Positions 61,345 to 64,000 of a stretch of 64,000 nucleotides of DNA are shown piece after piece (the stretch's first letter is position 1; every line of letters begins with the position of its first letter). The notes under the pieces were generated by a model that saw nothing but the letters and a program-made list of their open reading frames with translations, made no database searches and was not told the origin of the DNA. The stretch covers positions 84,506,001 through 84,570,000 of the forward strand of contig NW_024704743.1 of assembly GCF_018977255.1 (NCBI RefSeq). Reading direction: 5' to 3'. The position numbers and the translations under genes are program-made. This DNA comes from Callorhinchus milii. Its lineage: Eukaryota.

Positions 61345-61712
61345 AATAATAATAATAATATTTGCATTTGATATAGCGCCCTATCACGTCTTTGAGACAT
61401 CTCAAAGCGCTTTATGGAATATACTGCAAAGTGAAATGACTGTATATTTTATGGGCGAAACGCAGCAGCCAATTGCATCCTGCAGTGTCCCACAAACAGT
61501 CATGGATTGAATGACCAATTTACTATTTTTTTAAGGAATTATTACTCCCGGAAAAGTAATCCACCAATCGACTAACAACCGGGTTCCTGCTTACTGCTAG
61601 GTAAAGAGAAACGCGTGGAGTAAGGAAACTTGCCCAACATTTCTTCCTGCTGGGGAGCACCCAGGTCTCTTGCTTGCGATGCAAGCACTCTATCCACTGA
61701 GCTGCAGGACTC
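61345..61712 (-). mobile_element. tRNA-Ala SINE, long form, full length
   Basis: (AAT)n tail, Deu-like body, extra segment atccaccaatcgactaacaaccgggttcctgcttactgctaggtaaagag, and rc head. Confidence 0.9.
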
Positions 61713-61917
61713 TAGCAATGAAATCCAGCAGCAAGAATTAAGAAGAAGCTGACAGCTTTCAGCCATTCTACCCCACTCTCTGGAATCCATCCAGCAGTCC
61801 CTCCATTTCACCAATTCCTTCTCCTCTATGAAAACCCACCTGAAGCACTTTTCGACCAAGTTTTGGTCACCTTTATTTAATGCCTCATTCAAACGATGGT
61901 ACCCACTATAATACAGT

Positions 61918-62240
61918 GGAGTCCTGTAGCTCAGTGGTGAGAGCACTCGCCTTGCAAGCGAGAGACCTGGGTTCAATTCCAGGCAGGGCGAAACCTTGGG
62001 CAAGTTTCCTTACTCCACACGCCTAATAATAATCCCTCCAAAAAACCAAAACAATAATAAATTGGTTATTTTCAATCCACAACTGTTTGTAGGACACTGC
62101 TGTGTGCAATTGGCTGCCGAGTTTCGCCCACAACTATAGAGTCAATTCACTTTACAGTCTATTCTGTGAAGCGCTTTGAGACATCAAGAAGACGTGAATA
62201 GCGCTATATCAAATGCAAGGATTATTTATTATTATTATTA
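61918..62240 (+). mobile_element. Full-length young tRNA-Ala SINE (short form) nested in an old minus-strand DeuSINE (about 61870-62370)
   Basis: Near-identical to 4124-4454; flanks tacagt / tacaat resemble a short TSD; the host SINE continues on both sides. Confidence 0.93.
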
Positions 62241-63470
62241 TACAATGCATCCCAGCATCACAATGGAGTTTCAGTCTAGACTGTGAGCTCAAAGTCTCGA
62301 TATGGGGCTTGAACCCACAATCTTCTAACTCAGAGGCGAGAGTGATCTAAACTAAATCAGCCTGGCACCTATAGAATTAACCCCTGCGTTTAGTTCTTGC
62401 GTTCTCTGGCCTACCAGTTATAAACCACACCTCTCATAAAGCCTTGCCAAAGCTGATGGTGCATGGATGTGGACAGAGGTTTGTAACTCATTTGATATGT
62501 TACATTTTGCCTAATTAATGCTAACTAGTCTACAATAGGCCTTCTTTCCCCCATTTAATTCCAGTTTTTTTCAATCAAGTCTGTGTTCTTTCAGAAAATA
62601 ATTAGTTTATTCACACTTCATTAACATTCAATGTAATTTCTGAACATTTATCAAAATGATTTCTTATTAATTCTTTCCAATATTATCTCCTCTAATGAAA
62701 CTGTTAAAAGTCTACCCAGGATTCAGAAAACGGTTGAGGCAACACACATATTCCCTATTGGATGATAATATTCCTGCAGAGTTGGGTCCATACTGGTTGT
62801 GCAATGGCCAGACTTTTTTCTTGGAGGCCATTCTGAACCTTTAAATTGCGTGTCGTACAGCTATGCAGGAGTATTATTCAGAACATATTGTAAATAAAGA
62901 ATTAGTTTCAAGGCCATCAGGAGTTCCACCTCCTCATTTCTGTTTTAGCAAAACATTCCTGTGAAGTTTAAAACATATTCCCATGCACTGTTTAGACTGA
63001 GCGTAACCTCAAGTGTTAGAGGGTAATTGCAATTGTTGGTGCTTTTTTTTCATCAAACCATAAGTAAACACTGTGGCACTGAGCTTATTCTCTGACTACC
63101 TCAGTTACACTCTTTTGAGAGCTGCGGCACACACTCGAGTGAGCATTTGCTGCAGTTTTGTAAGCATCGTTTCTCTCCCTATTCTGTAACTTTTACTCCT
63201 TCCATTTTTTAAAGTTATTATAGCCAACAGCATCTGTTTAAAGACAAATCTTTAAATCTGTTGTTTAAAGATTCCAACTATAGGAATCTTTAAACAACTG
63301 TTGCAATTCTATTTTCGGCTGACTTGCACGTACTGCAGGAGGATTATTACTGTTGGGACATGAAAACTGCCAGTTCCCTAATATGAAATAAGGTGAAGTG
63401 TGTGTGTGTGTATGTATGTGTGTGGTGGGGGTTGGAGAGAGGGGACACAAGTTAACAGTTGGTGTTGCAC

Positions 63471-63800
63471 AATAAAAATAATAATAATAATAATAATGAT
63501 CCTTGCATTTGATATAGCGCTTTTCACGTCGGGAGGACGTCCCAAAGCGCTTCACAGAATAGACTGTAAAGTGAATTGACTGTGTATTTGTGGGCGAACC
63601 CGGCAGCCAATTGCGCACAGCAATGTCCACAAACAGTCGTAGATTGAAAATGACCAATTCATTATTGTTTTTTGTTTTGGAGGGATTATTATTAGGCGTG
63701 TGGAGTAAGGAAACTTGCCCAAGGTTTCGCCCTGCCTGGAATTGAACTCAGATCTCTCGCTTGCAAAGCGAGAGCTCTAACCACTGAGCTACAGGTCTCC
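63471..63800 (-). mobile_element. Full-length young tRNA-Ala SINE (short form) adjoining an older SINE tail
   Basis: Reverse complement of the 4124 family; followed at 63803 by another (AAT) tail and SINE body. Confidence 0.93.
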
Positions 63801-64000
63801 ACATAATAATCCTTACTTTTGATCTAGGATCTTATAATGTCAGCAAAACATCTCAAAATGCTTCACAGGAAATATTATAAAGTGGTGAGACTGGGTAGTT
63901 TTGGGCAAAAGCAATAGACAATTTGTGCAGTGTCCCACAAACAACCACAAAGTGAATTTTATCGAGGGGAAAGGGAAGGGAAGAGCAAACGCCTTTCTGT

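Overview
This is eukaryotic, AT-rich, repeat-dense non-coding DNA. The repeat repertoire points by inference to a cartilaginous fish, probably a holocephalan such as Callorhinchus. It includes tRNA-Ala-headed SINEs with a Deu-like body and (TTA)n tail, older SacSINE1/AmnSINE-like DeuSINEs, 3' fragments of L2 and CR1 LINEs, and short DNA-transposon derivatives. No intact protein-coding gene, rRNA, CRISPR array or operon is visible. The longer ORFs are L2 ORF2 remnants, their antisense frames, or the C-terminus of an unclassified LINE. Several repeat-free blocks rich in TF motifs look like conserved non-coding elements, and a few splice-flanked candidate exons (best: 48056-48147) suggest the window may lie inside a large + strand gene, which is unproven. 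The most notable observations are: a perfect 103-bp inverted repeat of SINE tails sharing private mutations; a mosaic SINE lineage (tRNA-Ala head, CORE-like segment, partial Deu domain, L2-like tail); covarying 3' stem-loops in SINE and L2 tails; a four-copy unclassified LINE with a CCHC knuckle; a TIR element with a non-TTAA 4-bp duplication; a locally templated 45-bp insertion; and several isolated hairpins. I found no convincing novel protein-based system. Repeat boundaries are read by eye and approximate.
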